Of a DNA stretch of 64,000 nt, positions 61,045 through 64,000 are shown piece after piece. Origin of the DNA: Trichodelitschia bisporula. Lineage: Eukaryota. The position numbers and the translations under genes are program-made. The stretch is from positions 1,179,803-1,243,802 of the forward strand of contig ML996687.1 of NCBI GenBank assembly GCA_010356995.1, written 5' to 3'. Every line of letters starts with the position of its first letter. Position 1 is the first letter of the stretch. The notes beneath the pieces were generated by a model. That model was not told the DNA's origin. It saw only the letters and a list, made by a program, of their open reading frames with translations, and searched no databases.

Positions 61045-63175
61045 TGGACAGAATTCCTCCTGAGGCTCCAAGAGCGCAGCATCCAGATCGACAAAAGACA
61101 CGGGTGATGAAGCTGCCATGACCGGCTACTTGCGCTCCAGTCTTTAACAGGCCTTCCGGTACTGGAATCGTTTTCCTGGCGGATAAAGGTGGACTCCGCG
61201 GACCGGCCTCCAAAACTGCGTCATAAACTTCCTTCCAGATCAAGATATTGCCGCCGACAATCGTCGTGGAGCACTACGCGGTTCAACTCCGGCTTAGAAG
61301 ACTTCCCACAAAGAGACGACTCCTTTCCCTCGCACAGCTCTCGTTGCAGCCACCTCGATTAAATTCTATCGCGCCGTTGCTCATAATGACCTAGTTCCCT
61401 TCGTGGTATGTCTCTGTCTATAGAATATGCACTCAGGCAGTACATGGCTTCCAGGAAAGCTCGGAGAAGCGCATCCCCCAGACTGATATAGCGGATGCGA
61501 TGACTGTCCCAGGCGTAGACGGCGAGTAAGATGCTGGGCTTTCCATGACACTGATGATATGGGTTTGCTCAACGCAAACGGACGTGACGATTGCGCCGCC
61601 GAAGTAGGAGTCTGTGTGAGTCCACAGGCCTCATGCTCATAAACTTCTGAGTCAGTTTTTATAGGTGACGAGAAGGGGGGAGGGAGGGAGGACAGACTCA
61701 TAAACGCTATTCCTCTCCTTCTCATCGGTCGATATATGTGTCCGTACATTCGTCTGCTATGCGGGTGACTTCTTTATAGATACGAGGCGCGGGTAGTCAT
61801 GCGCATCGCGTACGACCTTTGTACGGTGGTCGGTGGCGCGGGAGTGAGCCTCGAGAGCTCCGAGACCGAACTGAAACGTAAGTCGTAGCCGAGCCGGTTG
61901 GATTGCCGATCGGCTTGCCGGCCGGGTTGCAGGTGTGGGAGCCCGGCATGGCTTGAAATGTGGAAGGATTGTCTGAGGCCTGCACGTCGTGAGGATGGTC
62001 AAAATTATTCGCCTTGTCATCAGTGGTGTAGTAGGTGTTTTGGATTTCGTTGTAATCTACATCACTGAGCTTGGAGATGCTGAATTCCATGCTCGCGATA
62101 TCTACGGGCCATCTTCGAGATCTTGACGGCGTGATTAGGTGCTGCGTGCGCTGTGGACTCTGCTCCAGCACCATGGATATCACGTAGCTGTCTTCACGAC
62201 GTATGATTGCGCATTGAGCTAATTGTGAAGGAAGATGTTAACTTGATCGCTGTTGACTGATAATGTAGATGGTTGCGGAGGAGCATCCAAGTGCGGTATG
62301 GCGCACTGATATTCAGATAACTGAGCCACAAGTGCAAGGTATGTTATTTAGAAGATGCCACAGTTTTGGTTAGGTTCTCCAAGAGGCAGAGGTTTAGAAC
62401 TAAAAGGCGGCTTCCGAATCCCGCATCAATGCTCCTGGTACTTTGAGGCCTAGAACTAATGAGTGAGTCAAACTCTTGGTCAATGCCGAACCGTACCATC
62501 GAGGCCCTTCGACAGCCTTCTCACGCCCCGGTTGGCTAGGGCTGAAGGGCAGTAACAAAGTTGAAAAGTGTCCACAAGGCGAGATTGGTCAACTTCAAAC
62601 ACGTCGTGCTGATTGCCTCAAGTGACAGTGCGGCAGATGAGCGGGTAATGGCAAGATAGAACACAGTGTACACATCGGCAAAGTACACATATGTGAAAAG
62701 GACGATAGACACCGGGGAACAGAATAATAACGGTCACCAGCAGTAGCAATTGAGTTGCAGTTATTTTAGGCTTTTGTGCCCGCAAGCCACGATGAACCCC
62801 AGGCTGAGACGGGAGCTAACAGCAGCCCTCCCCCTCAATATGAAAGTAGCTGCGTTGTTGTATGCGAGATTATATACCGATAGTAAGCAATAACTTAACA
62901 GCTTTGTAAATGCCACCTGGCCACCAGCGGCGGTCGGCGCCTCCTCTCCCCAATCGGGTATGGTGCAACAGTCGACTTGGCGAGATTCTAGAAAGGACAC
63001 TTTTCAAGAGCTTCCATCCCGCAGTGGCTTTATAACGGCTGCTTGTCCAATTCCCCTCCTTCACCTCTACAACACTCACCGTTCCACATCTTCTTCTCCC
63101 TCCCCCCCTCTTCTGCCTTCTGCAGCTCCAATACCTAGCTTTCTGCTTTTATTGTCTGCATCAAGCACATCCAAG

Positions 63176-64000
<825 letters not shown>

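Noticed and set aside
61250..61296. tRNA suggested by the B-box-like GGTTCAACTCC
   Set aside because: No cloverleaf or acceptor stem can be built.
62560..63040. UPR element upstream of KAR2
   Set aside because: CCAAT-like and TATA-like sites are present, but I could not identify a convincing HacA/Hac1 site.

Overview
Intron-containing eukaryotic DNA from a filamentous ascomycete (short GT..CTRAC..YAG introns, a Zn2Cys6 factor, dispersed 5S rDNA). All product calls come from my recognition of motifs, not from database searches. Conserved genes: UTP13 (partial), PRE1, a NirA-like Zn2Cys6 factor, PAM17, a DH-BAR-SH3 RhoGEF, an apparently intact telomerase reverse transcriptase (TERT), an Sbe2/TBC protein, UBX5, MDM31, PNO1, DPH6 and KAR2/BiP (partial). 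Accessory-looking stretches lie between them: an orphan gene plus a decaying 5S cluster (10-16 kb), a gene-poor region with broken ORFs, local duplications and an ADA3/NGG1-like fragment (32-42 kb), and a head-to-head pair of a ~1600-aa low-complexity gene and a HeLo-like-domain gene followed by more decayed DNA (51-62 kb). The head-to-head pair is my best candidate for an undescribed system (possible cell-death or non-self module), but that is inference only. There are two assembly gaps. I found no supportable tRNA, intact transposon, CRISPR array or telomerase RNA.
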